A DNA stretch of 64,000 nt from the human T2T-CHM13v2.0 reference genome, Homo sapiens. Location: assembly GCF_009914755.1 (NCBI RefSeq), contig NC_060930.1, one strand, 5' to 3'. This document shows positions 39,114-51,790 of the stretch, in pieces. Numbering within the stretch: the stretch's first letter is position 1; every line of letters starts with the position of its first letter. The notes below the pieces were generated by a model. That model saw nothing but the letters and a program-made list of their open reading frames with translations. It was not told the origin of the DNA and ran no database searches. Position numbers and translations under genes: made by a program.

Positions 39114-39630
39114 TGTCTTAGCCTAGTTTCCCCTAAAAGTGGAACCTGTGGGAGCTTTGGTCTCAGGGGCAACTAAGCTGATTTGGGAAGTGATCCCAGG
39201 AACAGGATCAAAAGATGAGGGTGAGGAAAGAGTGAACAGGGTGTCAACCAATACAAGGATATGTTATCTAGTTGGCCACCCCTGTGATGGGTGTTGACCC
39301 CACAGAGATCTATTTAAGAGACTTATGAAATGTGTTTCAAAACAGTCTACCCAGAAGGGCAAAAAGGGATCCTTTGGCTCCTGTATCCCCCATTGCACAA
39401 AGGTGACTCCAGGGGAGTCCCTTCTGGTGTGCACTACTTAAGCGCTAAGCAGTTCCACAGGTGTCCACCCGTAGGACATCAGAGAAGTCTCTGGCAGGAA
39501 GTAGGAGGTTCTAGGCCAAGGCAAAGTGCCATTTAATTGCACCTTTGCAGAGCCCACGAAGCTTGCATGGAGCTGGCCTCTAAAGCAGAGGTCAGAGTAA
39601 GCGATGGGCACAGAGAAATTTGGACCAAAG
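39114..39630 (-). mobile_element. ERVL LTR (LTR16/LTR33-like)
   Basis: tgtcttagcctagtttcccc...atttgggaagtgatcccaggaa resembles the LTR16 reverse start. Confidence 0.55.
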
Positions 39631-40606
39631 TGTCCAGTAAAGGTCCTTTCTTTGTGCCTTCACCAAGCCATCAGCAGCATCAGCAGCGTGTTACAGGGCC
39701 AGCTTTTCAGAGTATGAAAAATATTTTCATAGAGTCAGAGAAAGCTCGGAGGTGGGACGTCATGGTGGGAGTCAGCAAATTCCAAGTACCTAGCAAGGTT
39801 TCAGAGCTCTGCTCTGCTTTGTCCAGCCTCAGGACCAGTCTGCCTTCTCTCCTTAAGTGCTTCCCTAGCCAGGGGGCCGGGAGCCAGAATGAAGCAAAGG
39901 CCACTCAGCCTGAAACTGCAGCCAGACCTCTCCCTGAAGAGCCTCCCTGCGCCCAGCCCTGCTGAGCCCTCTCTCCGCACACATTTCTTTCCTGCCCAGC
40001 CGGCCTCAGTTCATTTCTCAAGCGGCGCATGTGGGCTCCTCCACTTTCTCCCTGTTCAATGTCTTAGCTCCACTTTTTCCTGGGCTGCACCCCAGCCCCC
40101 TCCTGCATGCCCACCCACCCCCAGACATTGGCGCTGGCTTTCCAGGCCCCCTGTTGCTTGGCCCTTTCCAAGCCTGTTTGGGACCCAGCCCAAATCAGCA
40201 ATTACAAGTACCCACTTTTCCTTCTCACTCACACAAGGTAGCCATTGTCCACTGTACAAGGGAGAACCATCTGTGCTCATGTTGCAGTAAAAAAGGTTGT
40301 TTACCCAGGGTCGTCAGCACAGCCTTCATGCTGTGTCCTCCCCACTGCATGGCAAGTGCAGGCCAAACACGTGTGGGCCTCATGGGCCCACAGGTTAGGT
40401 GCAGAGGACAGACATGCAAGGCCTGGAACAGACACAAGATGGGCACAGAATGGGGATGCAGGCTTAGAACAGATACACGGGCAGCTACCACTTGAGGCCT
40501 TAGCAGGTATGGTCCTTTCTCAGCTGTGAGTTCCCTCTGCTCAGGCCCTTAGATGGATGCTCCCTCCATTCCTCCTTCCTACCTCCTCACTTAATCCTTA
40601 CTATAA

Positions 40607-40879
40607 GGCCAGGAGAGTGGTTCACGCCTGTAATCCCATACTCTGGGAGGCCAAGATGGAAAGACTGCTTAAGGCCAGGAGTGTGAGACCAGCCTAGGCA
40701 ACATAGTGAGACCCTGTCTCTAAAAAAATTAAAATTAGCCAGGCATGGTGGTGCGTACCTACAGTCTCAGCTACTTGCTTAGGCAGGAGGATCACTTGAG
40801 CCCAAGTTTGAGGCTGCAGTGAGCTATGATCTATGATCATACCACTATAGAGCAAGACCCTGATTCTAAAAAAAAAAAA
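40607..40879 (+). mobile_element. AluJ
   Basis: Diverged dimer ggccaggagagtggttcacgcctgtaatccc... with poly(A) tail and small deletions. Confidence 0.92.
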
Positions 40880-42411
40880 GTTCACAACCCTCTGCCCTCC
40901 AAGGTGGGTCTTACGATCCCATTTAATAGACAAGGATATAGGGGCTCAGAGATGTTCCTTAACTTACCCAAGGGGAGAGAGGAAGAAGGAAGGATGCAAC
41001 AAGGTACCTATAGAGAACCCCAGGATAGCAGAGCTGGGAGAGCTAGACCTGAAGAAGTTTCTATTCTTCTTTATGGGAGAGGGGACAGTGAGTTGGTTAG
41101 GTTGTGTGGAGAATTCCTCACTGAGCTGGAACTTGGGGATTTGGCTCCAGGCAGGTGGGGCCAGCCAGAAGGGTTGCCCTGAGGGGCAGTTGGTGACCTA
41201 TGAAACACTCTCCCCTCCGCATTAGGGAAGGGAGATTTTCAGCCAGGACACCCCTGCCCTGGAGACAGGGATATGTGCAAGACACCTCCTGGGGGCATAG
41301 CTGCCCATATCTGGCTTCCCCACAGCCATGATCACCCTGGTGGGCTCCTGGGTGGGGAAGGGATTGGCAGGAGGATCACTTGCAAGGGAAGTCAGAGCTG
41401 TTTCCAACATTCACAGCAGTGTCCCAAGGCCCAGAAGCCCCCAGAAGGAGCCAAAGAGACTTAGTCCCCACAGGGCAAAGGTAACCCAGGGAGCCTGGGT
41501 GGGCCTGAGTGACCACCCATGGGCAGGCCGGGCATTTTTGTTCTTGGGAAACCCTGTAACTGAGATCCTGGGGGTCCAAAGGGACCTCCAGGGTCACGTC
41601 TCTCACAGCCCAGGCCCTGCCCTGAGGACATGGGTCGCAGTGAGAAGGCCCTCCCCTGTACAACCCCCAGGCCAGTTGCCAGAACAGCAGGGTGAATATG
41701 GTATCAAGAGGTCAGGCTCAAGCCTACACTGTCCAGCCTCCCTAGCCCTTCAAGATAGCCCAGGCCACAGAAACACCAAACCAGCAAACTTGGGAAAGGC
41801 CATTGTCCTCTGCAATGGAGCTTGAATCAGCATTATCCTCTCCAGTGTTGATACCTCATAGCCTTCTCTGTCCTCTGCAAAAGGCTGAACACCAGAACAT
41901 TCCAGAGCAGGACACAAGCATCTGCCGCCCTTGTTATGCCTCCTGCAGCCCAGGCCTGGCTGCCCTGCATGGCCTTGACATCTTCTGACATCTCTGGGCA
42001 GCATCTGTAACAGGATGTTTCACCAGCAGCCTCTTCACCCAGCTGACCTTGATGGGGGGCACATGGAGAGAGAGGAGACTGCCAGCCACCCCAGACAAAG
42101 CTTGCTGGTTCTGCCCCTACACTCTGCCCAGGCTCTACAAGCCTGAGCCAGAGTGGAAACTGGTTGGAGGCTGGAAAGTTTGGAGGAAAGCTTTCTGATG
42201 GGAGGTGATGGGGAGAGCAGCTGAGAAGGGGCTGGTCATGGTCTCCCTGGGTGTCAAAATTCTAGAATCAGTGAATCCCTGCAGCTCAAGACCTTGTGCC
42301 TACAGTGTCTGAGATGTGTGTTGCTCCATACGCCCTGGGGAACCAGCTTCTAGGTAAGCTCTCAGAAATCCCACAGTGTTGGAGTCACAAGACCTCTGAG
42401 ATACAGCCCTC

Positions 42412-42895
42412 CAAGTTTTCTATGGCTGCAAAACAAACTATTCCCAAACATAGTGCCTTAAAACAATAATGGCTTAATTTCTCACAATTCTGGTGGTAGT
42501 CCTGGCTGTTCTGCAAGTCTAACCTGGGATTAGGCCACTTAATCAGCTGCATTCAGCTGGAAGGTCCAGGGTGGCCTCAATGGCAACTCTGAAGCCTCCG
42601 TGCCATCAACCGGCTTCCGTGTGCCTCCTCTTAGTGCCTGATCCTCCAGAGTCTCTCTCTCCAGCAGAATAGCCTGGACTTCCTTACAGCACGGTGCCTG
42701 GCTTGGAGGAAGAGGAGACAGGGAGGGAAGGCAGTCAGGCCTCTCTAGGGTTGAGCCTGGGACTGGCACAGCATCATTGCATTTTTTTCAGTCAAAGCAA
42801 GTCATAAGGCCAAGCCAGAATCAAGGAGAGGGAAAATAGAAACCAACTCTTGGCAGTAGGAGTAGCAAAGACTCTGTGGACATCTCTCACCCACC
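42412..42895 (-). mobile_element. MaLR solo LTR (old MLT1)
   Basis: ctatggctgcaaaacaaactattcccaaac...gtcaaagcaagtcataaggccaagccagaatcaagg. Confidence 0.8.
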
Positions 42896-43499
42896 TCGGA
42901 CCTTTATCAGTCTCTGGAGAGTCAGGACAGAGCCAGATTGCCTGACACAGACCTGGAAACTTAGAGATGGATGAAGTCCCCATTCCTGCCCCTGGGACTC
43001 TCTGCCCTCAGCCCCCAAACCATGACCTTCCTGAGTCCCTCTGCTCACAGTGACCCTGGAGGCCTGGCCTGGGGGTGGGAAGGGCTGGGATCGGAGCTGC
43101 ACAGGGTGGTGGGGAGGAATTAGGTCCCTTTTCATACCAACTGTTGAGGCATCTGAACTTGATCTAGGGATGGGACTTTGGCTATGGGATGTGGGGAGAG
43201 GGTGCCCCCTCCATGCAGAGGCCCTTCCCACAAAGGCTTGAGCAGAGCCTGAATGTGGACGCAAGGCAGGCTCCACTTAGCTCTCCATGTTCACCTGTCC
43301 ACAGGTAAGGCTGTGACAGATGAACTGAGGCCACCTGTCCTGGGGAGGCTGGTCCTAAGGGACCCCAGCTCTTCCTCTCCTCTTCCAGGTGATCTCCTGC
43401 ACAGGTGCCAAGTTCCCACCACACTGAGCTGCATTCAGCAGGCCCAGATGTTGGGCAGCCAAGTCGGTCCCCTGAGGACCCACCCCTCCTGTCTGCTTT

Positions 43500-44420
43500 C
43501 ATCTAATTTATTCACTCAACCACTTGACAAATATTTACTCAGCACCCGTAAGATAACAGGCACTGTGTTCGTCGCAGGGGATATATCAAGTGAGCAAAAG
43601 AAAAAAAAACCCTATCCTCTTGGAGCTCAGATTCATGAGACGGTGGGAGGGAGTGTGTCTGTAGACAATAAACTAAATAAATCAGTAAATTACGGAGTCT
43701 TGTGGCTGCCATAACAAATCACCCACTTGGTGGCTTACGACCAACAGAAATGTGTTCTCTCACAGTTCCGGAGGGCACGCATCTGAGCATCACTGCTATC
43801 TCTGCCTCCATGTTCAGGTGGCCTTCTTCCCTCTGTCTCTCTGTGTCTCCTCTTCTCATAAGGACATTAGTAATTGGACTTAGGGCCCACTCTAAATCAA
43901 GAGAGCCTCATCTTGAGATACTTAATTATATCCGCAAAGACACTATTTCCAAATAAGGTCACATTGTGAGGTTCCTGGTGAACATGAAGTTTGGAGGGAG
44001 ACACTATTCAACTCACTGTGGCCATATGCACGGGTTCTAGGGGTTAGAACATGGACATTTTGGGGGACCACCATCCAACCCACTGCAAACATATTAGAGA
44101 TTTGGAGAAAAATAAAGCAGGGTAATACAGAAGAGGGGCCCTGTGGTGGGATTGGGAAGGCAGGCCGAGCATTCAATAGGATGGTTAGGAAAGACCTCAC
44201 TGAGAAGGTGATATTCAAATAATGACCTCAAGGAAGTGAGGGGGTGACGCATATGGCTATCTGAAGGAAAAGCATCCAGGCAGAGGGAACAGGTAGCACA
44301 AAGGCCCTGAGGCAGGAGCGTGCCCAGTACATCTGAGGAATAGGAGGCTGGAGCAGAGTGAGCGAGGGCTAGACTGGTGGTAGGGTGGGATTGCTGGGGA
44401 CTTGCAGGCCACACTTAGGA
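43500..44420 (-). mobile_element. L2 3' region split by an MLT1 LTR
   Basis: ttcactcaac...aaatatttactcagcacc at left; ggttaggaaagacctcactgagaaggtgatatt...ggcagagggaacagg...caaaggccctgaggcagga at right. Confidence 0.85.
43690..44088 (-). mobile_element. MLT1B/C-like MaLR LTR
   Basis: gctgccataacaaa...aacagaaatgtgttctctcacagttc...ctatttccaaataaggtcacatt. Confidence 0.88.
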
Positions 44421-46101
44421 CTCTCCCTTCACCCAGAGGGATATGGGAGCTGAGGCAGAAGAGAAACTTTGTTTTCATTCTCACTGCAGAGCTGAGCGTA
44501 GACTGTCTGGGGCCACTGGCTGAAGTGTAACTGCCCACTCCCCCGCCCCGCCAGGGCTGGACATGGGCAGCACGCCCTCCACGGCTCTGGGGTGGCTTCC
44601 CAGGACTGTGTCATAGACAGGCGCCTCCGATCCCCTGCCACTGGACCCCCCGCCTGCCCACAGGGCTCAGGTTTCTCCTCATCAGCTGTATCCACCAGAG
44701 CTTGGGAAAGTCGGCTTTCCAGGAAGATTTCATCATTTTCCATTCGGAAAAGTTTGCTGCTCCCACCACTCCCTCCTCTACTCCCAAGGCTGAGAAACAA
44801 GCACTGAGACTTTCTGGAGCTCAGAAAGGCCCATGGGCTGGGGCAGGCGAAGCTTCCAGCCTGCCTCATGGCCACCTGCAACCAGAACCGCCCCATTCCC
44901 CAGCTGGCCAGACTCCCATCTCCTGGGGGATCCTCACCTGCCCCCACCCCATGCTTGCTCCCCATGGGATTCTCTGTGGACTCCCCCATCATAGTCTTCT
45001 GCCCTGGCACCTCTGTGGCCTGCTAAGGGGGAGGCCACCCCACCAGGCAGAGAAGGCACTGGAGAGAGCTGCGAGAGGAGGGAAGAGGGCTAGGCTACCC
45101 ACCTCCAGGACTCTCTCATGAAGGCAGAGCCACTGATGGGAACCAAGCACCTGCCTTGGCTTCTAAGGTGAGTGGAAAATTCCCTTAGCGCCTCTGCACC
45201 AGTGTTTTCCCCTCACCTCTATTGCCATTGTGGATCTGTCAACAAATATAGAGTCTGTCAGTGTTTGCAGAGCCTACCAGCATTTGCAGAGCCTGCCTGG
45301 TCACAAAGCCTATTGTTATTTGCTGAGATAGTTTCTTTCATTGCTCCAGGAGGCCCCACCCACTGCACAATGGTGACCAGTAAAGTTTCCTCTCTCCCTC
45401 ACCCCTACCCTGCCCCACACTCCTCCCTGAGGTCTCCCCAAGTATCCACAAGGCATTTCCCCAAAGGCCCTGAGACTTAGACCTACAGACACCCCACAGC
45501 AAATCCACACACTCCCCATTGGACCTTCACTCATGAGCCCTGTATAAGCCAAGGTGTGGGGGGCCAGATGGGGCTCCAACCCCAAGAAAACAGAGAGGCC
45601 ACCCCCTCCTGAGCTCAGGCCTGAAGGAAAGCATAATTTGAAGCCAAGCGGAAATGGACCTCTGTCATTTTGTAGCTATGGCATTTGGGCATCCACTCGA
45701 GTTTCTGAGTCTCAGTTTCCTCATCTATAAAACAGGGATGCATCAAGGCATATGGCTGAGGTAAGCTCAGCTGAAAGAAGACGGAGAGTCAATTGGCTGC
45801 CAGTGACACATCTAGTTGTGCCAGGCATGGGGCTCAGTTCATCCACAAAAAATCTTCCAAGAGGTGAAAGAAACCCCAGGCTTTCCTGATATTCGCTCTG
45901 AGAGGTGAAAATAAGTCTATATGAGTCTGAGCAGGGACTCAGCTCACCCTGATCCTGACAGGGCAGAAATGTGTCAGGAACTTGGAGAGGGCTGATGTGG
46001 GAGCCCTCAGCCATTAACCCTTCTCCTCTGGCCATTCTCAATGTTGCTTTGACAGTGAGTGCAGGCGGAGGGATAGCTCTCCCTTACTGACTGTGAGCAT
46101 G

Positions 46102-46259
46102 CTGAGGAAGGGGCTGTGTGTTCCCCTCAGACTGGGGCTCCCTGAGGATGGGGCCAAGTCTCTCCTCAGACTGGGGTTCCCTAAGGATGGGGCTGCGTCT
46201 CCCCTCAGACTGGAGATCCCTGAGGACAGGCCATGTCTCCCTTCTGAGACTGAGGCTCC
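46102..46259 (-). repeat. 39-40-bp minisatellite, 4 units
   Basis: Units start at 46102, 46142, 46181 and 46220 (approximately ctgaggatggggctgtgtctcccctcagactggggctcc). Confidence 0.9.
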
Positions 46260-47305
46260 GTTTGCTCTCAGCCCCTAGGCTCTCCAGCTGTACTCCTGTC
46301 TCACGGAACAACCACCCAAGAGAACAGAGTGATAGGGTCTGCTGAGCAGAAGTGCACAGGGCAGGTTGCGGGTACTCCTGAGGAGGGACGTGCTGATAAA
46401 GGGTAATCTCCCTGAGCACTTGGCTCAGGATAGCAAAGGCTGCAATCAGAGGGTTCTGTTTCGAGCTTCCAGCCAACTGTCTCTATCAAGTGCCTGCTGT
46501 GTGCAAACCCACTGACAGGTACTTTGGGAGGACCAAGAGGACTTATGCATGGTGTTTGAGCTCTTGGGAGAGAGGCTGATGCCTGGTAGGGGATGCACAG
46601 ACACTCAGGGCTCCTGGGAGAAGAAAGGGAGTGAGTTCCTCAGTCAGGCAGCCTTCTCAAAGGAGACCCTGTTAGGGTCCAGTTTAGGGCAGCGGTCAGT
46701 GGCTTTGGAGCTTTGGGCCTGGGGGAGCTCCTGAAGACCCTTTTCCCATCCTGCCACCTCTCCCCCTCCCATGCTTATCTGGCAACCTTGCTCCATGTTT
46801 TCCCTGGAACATGTTCTTCCTGCTCCCCTCAGCCCCTACTCAAGGTTAAGCCCTCTCTTTTGCTTCTGCCCAGCAAGTCCAAGGCTGGGTACTAGGGCGC
46901 AGGGGAAGGAGCTTGCTCAAGAGCCCGTGGAGGGCCCCTTGGGAGCCACCTCCTGGCTCCTGAGCCTAGGAGTGTCTAGGAGCATCTTACAAGAAGTGTA
47001 GATGATGAGGTGTTCTAGAGAAGGAAGGGGGAGCCCAGGAGGAAGCTGTCTCTTCCATCTTCTGCCTCCATGCCCAAATCCTTTAGAGGGAGCAGGTTCT
47101 GTAACCCATCCAGCAGTGGGCTCTCACCAAATTGTTCCATTTCCTCTCCCCTCTTAGTAAGGTGAAACCAACTCATTCTCTTCTCAGCCCTGCCCTGGGT
47201 TCTGGAGCAATGAGGAACTGGGGATCCTCAGTTGGGGCTCCCCACTCAGCCCAGCAGGGCAGAATGGGCCCTGAGGGGCAATGATGATAGGGAAGGTGAA
47301 TGTGA

Positions 47306-47460
47306 CCCATCCTCACAGATCCCCAGTCCAAGGGGAGACGCAGCCCCATCCTCAGGGAGCCCCAGTCTGAGGGGAGACACAGACCCATCCTCAGTGAGCC
47401 TCAGTCTGAGGGAGACACAGCCCTGTTCTCATGGGGCCCCAGACTGAGGGGAGACTCAGC
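47306..47460 (+). repeat. 38-39-bp minisatellite, 4 units, inverted relative to the 46102 array
   Basis: Units start at 47306, 47345, 47384 and 47422 (approximately cccatcctcagggagccccagtctgaggggagacacagc). Confidence 0.9.
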
Positions 47461-48289
47461 TCTGCCCCTTCAGGGCTGGTCTGACTTGACCTTCAACGTC
47501 TCAATCCCTATTCAGGGAGTGATGACCAAGAGGTCACCTGAGCCACCTCCTGTCTTAAGTCAGGGTCCTTTCACTCACCCCATGAACTGAGGACAGAACA
47601 GGCATGGGACAGGAAGGAGGCCTAGAGACCCCTGATCTAACTGGCCACTGCTTGGCAGGCCCCTTTGTTGTCACCTGTGGGTCCCCAGACTCTCCCAACA
47701 TCCTGCGAAATAGCATTTCTCTCCATTTAGGAGTGACCCCCGGGAATGGCCTTGCCCTGTCCCGTCAACCCCTTCCCTTGCCCCAGACACTGATAGTGGC
47801 TGAAAAGCAGGCCCATGGGGTGAGGGAGTAAGGGAATCCTGATAAGCTGACCTTCCTCAGCTCCTGTTTTGGCTGAGGCAGGCTGGTGGGCTGTTTGGTC
47901 TGGTGGGCCCATGGTGGAGAGGGTCCCCTGTGAGGTAGGGGGTCGCAGGCTCAAGGTCTCACTGGGTTGAGACAGCCCATACCTTGACAGGAAGGCCAGG
48001 CATGAGAGCCCTGCTGAGGTTCCTTCCGCCAGGACATGGCCCCTCTCTGGCCCATCAGGACATCCACCTCACTCCATGGTCACCACCCCAGGAGATAAGG
48101 GGCTCCCCTGAGCCTCCCTCACAGCTTCTAGCACCCCACAGGGTCCCTCGGGTCCCCGTCACTCTCCTGTCCAGAAACCTTGCCCCAGCAAGGAAAAGAG
48201 GAGAAGGTAAGAGTTGCGTCCCCACAGGAAACTGAGGCACAGAGACTGGCAGAGACCTCCCCAAACCCCATCTGCCCACTCCTCAATGG

Positions 48290-48620
48290 TAGTGTGGTAG
48301 AGTGATAAAAATCTGGGGGACCGATTGGGGGAATTGAACATGAGCTGCATATTAGATATTGCAAACTGTTTTGTTCAATGTAAGAATGGCATGCTGGTTT
48401 ATATAGAAAATTTGGTTTATTTTTTAGAGATGCATTCTTAAATGAGTAGAGGTGACATGCTATATGTCTATAATTTACTTTTTAATATTTCAGCACAGAA
48501 AAGATGAAGCAAATCTGGCAAACAAAATGTTCATTATGCTATTCTGGTAATCGGTACTTGTAGTTTCGTTGTACTGCTCTCTCCATTTGTCTGAATGTTT
48601 AAAATTTCTCATTAAAAAAA
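48290..48620 (+). mobile_element. L1ME 3' end
   Basis: tttttagagatgcat...gatgaagcaaatctggcaaa...aaatttctcattaaaaaaa. Confidence 0.7.
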
Positions 48621-48629
48621 GACAAATGC

Positions 48630-48800
48630 TGTTCTAACCTAGGTTTGAATACCAATTCGACTTCTTTGCTGTGTGACCTTAGGCAAGTCACTTAACCTCT
48701 CTGGGCCCCATTCTCTTTAAACACCACTGTTGTGATGTTTAAACACAGTAATGGATGGGGTGCACTAGTACAGTGCCTCAGACATAGTAAGTGCTCAGTT
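48630..48800 (+). mobile_element. MIR SINE
   Basis: gctgtgtgaccttaggcaagtcacttaacctctctg...acatagtaagtgctca. Confidence 0.9.
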
Positions 48801-48819
48801 AAAAATGGTTGTTTTTTGT

Positions 48820-48962
48820 AGCCTGGGAAAGTAGCTCATGTCTGTAATCCCAGCACTTTAGGAAGCCAAGGCAGGAGGATCTCTTGAAGCCAGGAGTTTG
48901 AGATCAGCCTAGGCAACATAGCAAGACCCCATTTCTACAAAAGATAAAAAATTAAAATAATA
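48820..48962 (+). mobile_element. FLAM_C-like Alu monomer
   Basis: Left monomer with A-rich tail. Confidence 0.85.
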
Positions 48963-49006
48963 GAAAAGGGTCATTATTTGTGAAATGAATGGAAAAGGTG
49001 TCTGTG

Positions 49007-49008
<2 letters not shown>

Positions 49009-49046
<38 letters not shown>
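49009..49046. repeat. (TG)19 microsatellite
   Basis: Perfect TG run. Confidence 0.97.
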
Positions 49047-49049
<3 letters not shown>

Positions 49050-49744
49050 GAAGGAGTGTCTTCTCAAACTCTCAGCCTCAGTTTCTCAGCCCTCAGGAAG
49101 CAGTAGTTAATTACTTGGGTCAACAGCCACACCCTCAGTCCCTACTCCATGTCACGGGCTGTGATGGGTGCTGGCAAAGGGGAAGGATTTGGGGTGCAGG
49201 GCCCCTCTTCACAGGACCAGTGGACACTGGTTCCTTAGAAGGAACACTGAAGTTAGTGGAGCCCCTCCTCATTTTGCATCCAGCCTAGGAACAGAGCAAC
49301 TCCGTCTGGCCACGTGCAGTCGCCAGCTTTGGGGACAGGCAGAGCTGAGGGGCTGCCCCCTCAACACCCCACACAAAGGAGCAGAGCAGTGAAAGCCCCG
49401 TCCCGAGGACAAGGGCAGTGGGGCATGTGCCGGTAACGGGAGAAGGCCAGCCCTTTCTTATTTTGGGAGGCAGGAGGCAGCAGGTGGCTGGCTGGTGCTG
49501 GGACATGTGAACCCTCCTGTCGGGGGCCATGTGGTCAGCAGCAGGGCAGCCTGGCAGTGCCGGGCTCAGCCTAGGCCCCACATGAGCCCATCAGCCAGAC
49601 ACATTTGTGGCCACAGAGGGAGGGAGATCCAGTTTCTCCACAAGGGCATCCTCTGTAGCACAGCTTGGAAGTGGGGGAAAGGACACCTGGCACCTGCCCC
49701 ACCCCCATATTCCCCAAGGAAGCTGACTCCAGGGACCTGAGTGT

Positions 49745-49910
49745 TCGGAGGAGCTCCCAGTCTGAGTGGGGAGATGCAATCTTTATACCCCAGGAGTTTC
49801 TAATCCATGAGAGACACAGCCTCTGCCCTGAGGCAGCCCTCAGTCTGAGGGAGAAAACACAGACCTGGCATCAGAGAGCTCCAAATCTGAGTGGAGAGGC
49901 CCATTCTGAG
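49745..49910 (+). repeat. Degenerate ~39-bp minisatellite array (local family)
   Basis: gagctcccagtctgagtggggagatgca; gagacacagcctctgccctgaggcagccctcagtctgagggaga. Confidence 0.7.
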
Positions 49911-51559
49911 GAGGGGGTTGGCCACAGTGAGGGCATGGGGGCTGCAGGGGCTGGAGCACTCCATTAGGCTGGTGGAAGCCACAATGTTGCAGGTTCCTGC
50001 GGGAGCCAAGTTATTTTGGGTGGGCAGGAGGAGCAGGCGACTTTCCAGATTAAAATAGCTTTCCCTGGGTGTCATTCCTGAGACGTGTTCAGATCCCAGC
50101 AGCATGCTCGTCACACGGTTATGTTCCTCCTGTCCCTCCCAGTCGGGTGGGCAGGGCCAGGTTGGCAGTCCTGCCCAGGCTGGAGGAGGTAGGAAAGTAG
50201 AGATGAGCCTTGCTTCCTAATCAGGGCAGCACGGAAATGTGAATCCAGTCTCCGGGGCCACTGAAAGCTGCCCACCACTTGCCCAACTCCTTCTAAAGGG
50301 CCTGCAGTTCTAGGAACAGGACACAGTCTGAGCACTGCACGGTAGCGCTCACCCCCTCTTTCCCCTTCGCCATTCCTGCAGCTCTTGCCTTCTTCCATGG
50401 GCCACCAGCTCCAGCTATCTCTGATCCCTGTCCCCCATGAACTCTCTGCCTTTCCTGCCCTCCCCCACCCACCACACAGAGGAATCCAGATGCCTTGCAC
50501 ACGTGACTCCTCTGAGCTGGGCAGAGGACCCTGGCCAGGCCCAGACAACATAAATACATCCTGAGAGTTTACATTGTGTGGGCCGTGAGTACACAGCAGT
50601 CGGCCGGCTGCTGCCCCTGTTTACCCCTGTTTATTCCCTGGGGGTTCATGGACAGGGCGCCACCATAGGAGGAGGGTGGAGGGAATCCTTGGGTGGCTGC
50701 AGCTGTGTGGATGTCAACGTACTAAGAACCCCAGGAAAGCTTGTAGGCCTCACAGGCCACTCCCTCCTACCACGTCCCAGCTGCCCTCCCTGTTCCAATG
50801 AAGATGCCGTGATGCACGTGGGAGTCTGAGTACAGAGTGGCCTCCCTGAGTCTGTGGTTGGGGGGCCCCCTGGCCGTTCTTCCCCTTGGCCCTCAGCCCT
50901 GCCCCAGGAACCCAGCTCAAGCTTTCGTGGATTTTCTGAGGTCAGGCCAAGCTGGGCCTGGCTTGGGTTAATCATTATTCATGCTGTCTCTGGAACTTTT
51001 CCAGGATGTTTTCATTTTCTGAGCACTTCTGATCTCTCAGCATCTTCCCCACTGGCTCTGAAAAGCAAATTCTGCTGGGATTGTCCATTGTGTGCATGGG
51101 AAGGTTGAGGCCCAAAGGGTATGCCGGTCCTGAGTTCCACCATAGCTGTCTGCGGTGCTTGCGTTCAAAATCAGTGAGAAGCCAGCAGAGATGACTGCCT
51201 CATAGTGACCCTGCACAGAGATCCACTTTACAGATGAGAAACTGAGGCTCAAAGTGGTTCAGTGACTTGCCCACGGTTACTCAGCTGGTGAAGTCGCCAT
51301 TCAAACTCAGCTCTGTCTGGCTCTAACTTCCCTGCATGGTCCTTCCCACCCACAGCCCACCTCTTACCCAGAGAGCTCAGATGAGCAGGCAGGAAGATAA
51401 GACGGTTTTCCAAAAGCTCCACCCTTCCCTAAGATATTTCTATTGGAAAGCCAGAGTGCATTCATTCCTGTGAATTCTTTCTCATTGGTAGTGTAAACTC
51501 CTGTGCCAAAAATTGGTGGGGTCGGGGGCGGCGGGGGCGGGGGGAGAGACTAATAATAA

Positions 51560-51790
51560 TAATAATAAAAATAACAAAAGCTAATGTTTATTGAGCACTT
51601 GCTGTATGCATGCTTCTAGTCTAAGTGCTATATAGTAAATACAATATCTCACGGAATCCTCACTACAACTCTGTAAGACATGATATTATTCAGTCCTGTT
51701 TACAGCTGAGAAGACTGAGGCACAAAGAGGTATGGTGACTTGTCCAAGGTCAGGTATCAGAGCCACGATTGGAACCCAGAGCCACTGTGC
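51560..51790 (-). mobile_element. MIR SINE (near full length)
   Basis: agctaatgtttattgagcactt...tttacagctgagaagactgaggcaca...gtgacttgtccaaggtca. Confidence 0.9.

Noticed and set aside
44429-45010. 193-aa minus-strand ORF and nearby acceptor-like ttttcattctcactgcag
   Set aside because: No homology I recognise and no consistent exon chain
46102-47460. Identification of the 39-bp arrays as MSR1 or as transposon TIRs
   Set aside because: Only a short cctcagac word is shared with MSR1 as I recall it; no TSD or terminal motif flanks the pair
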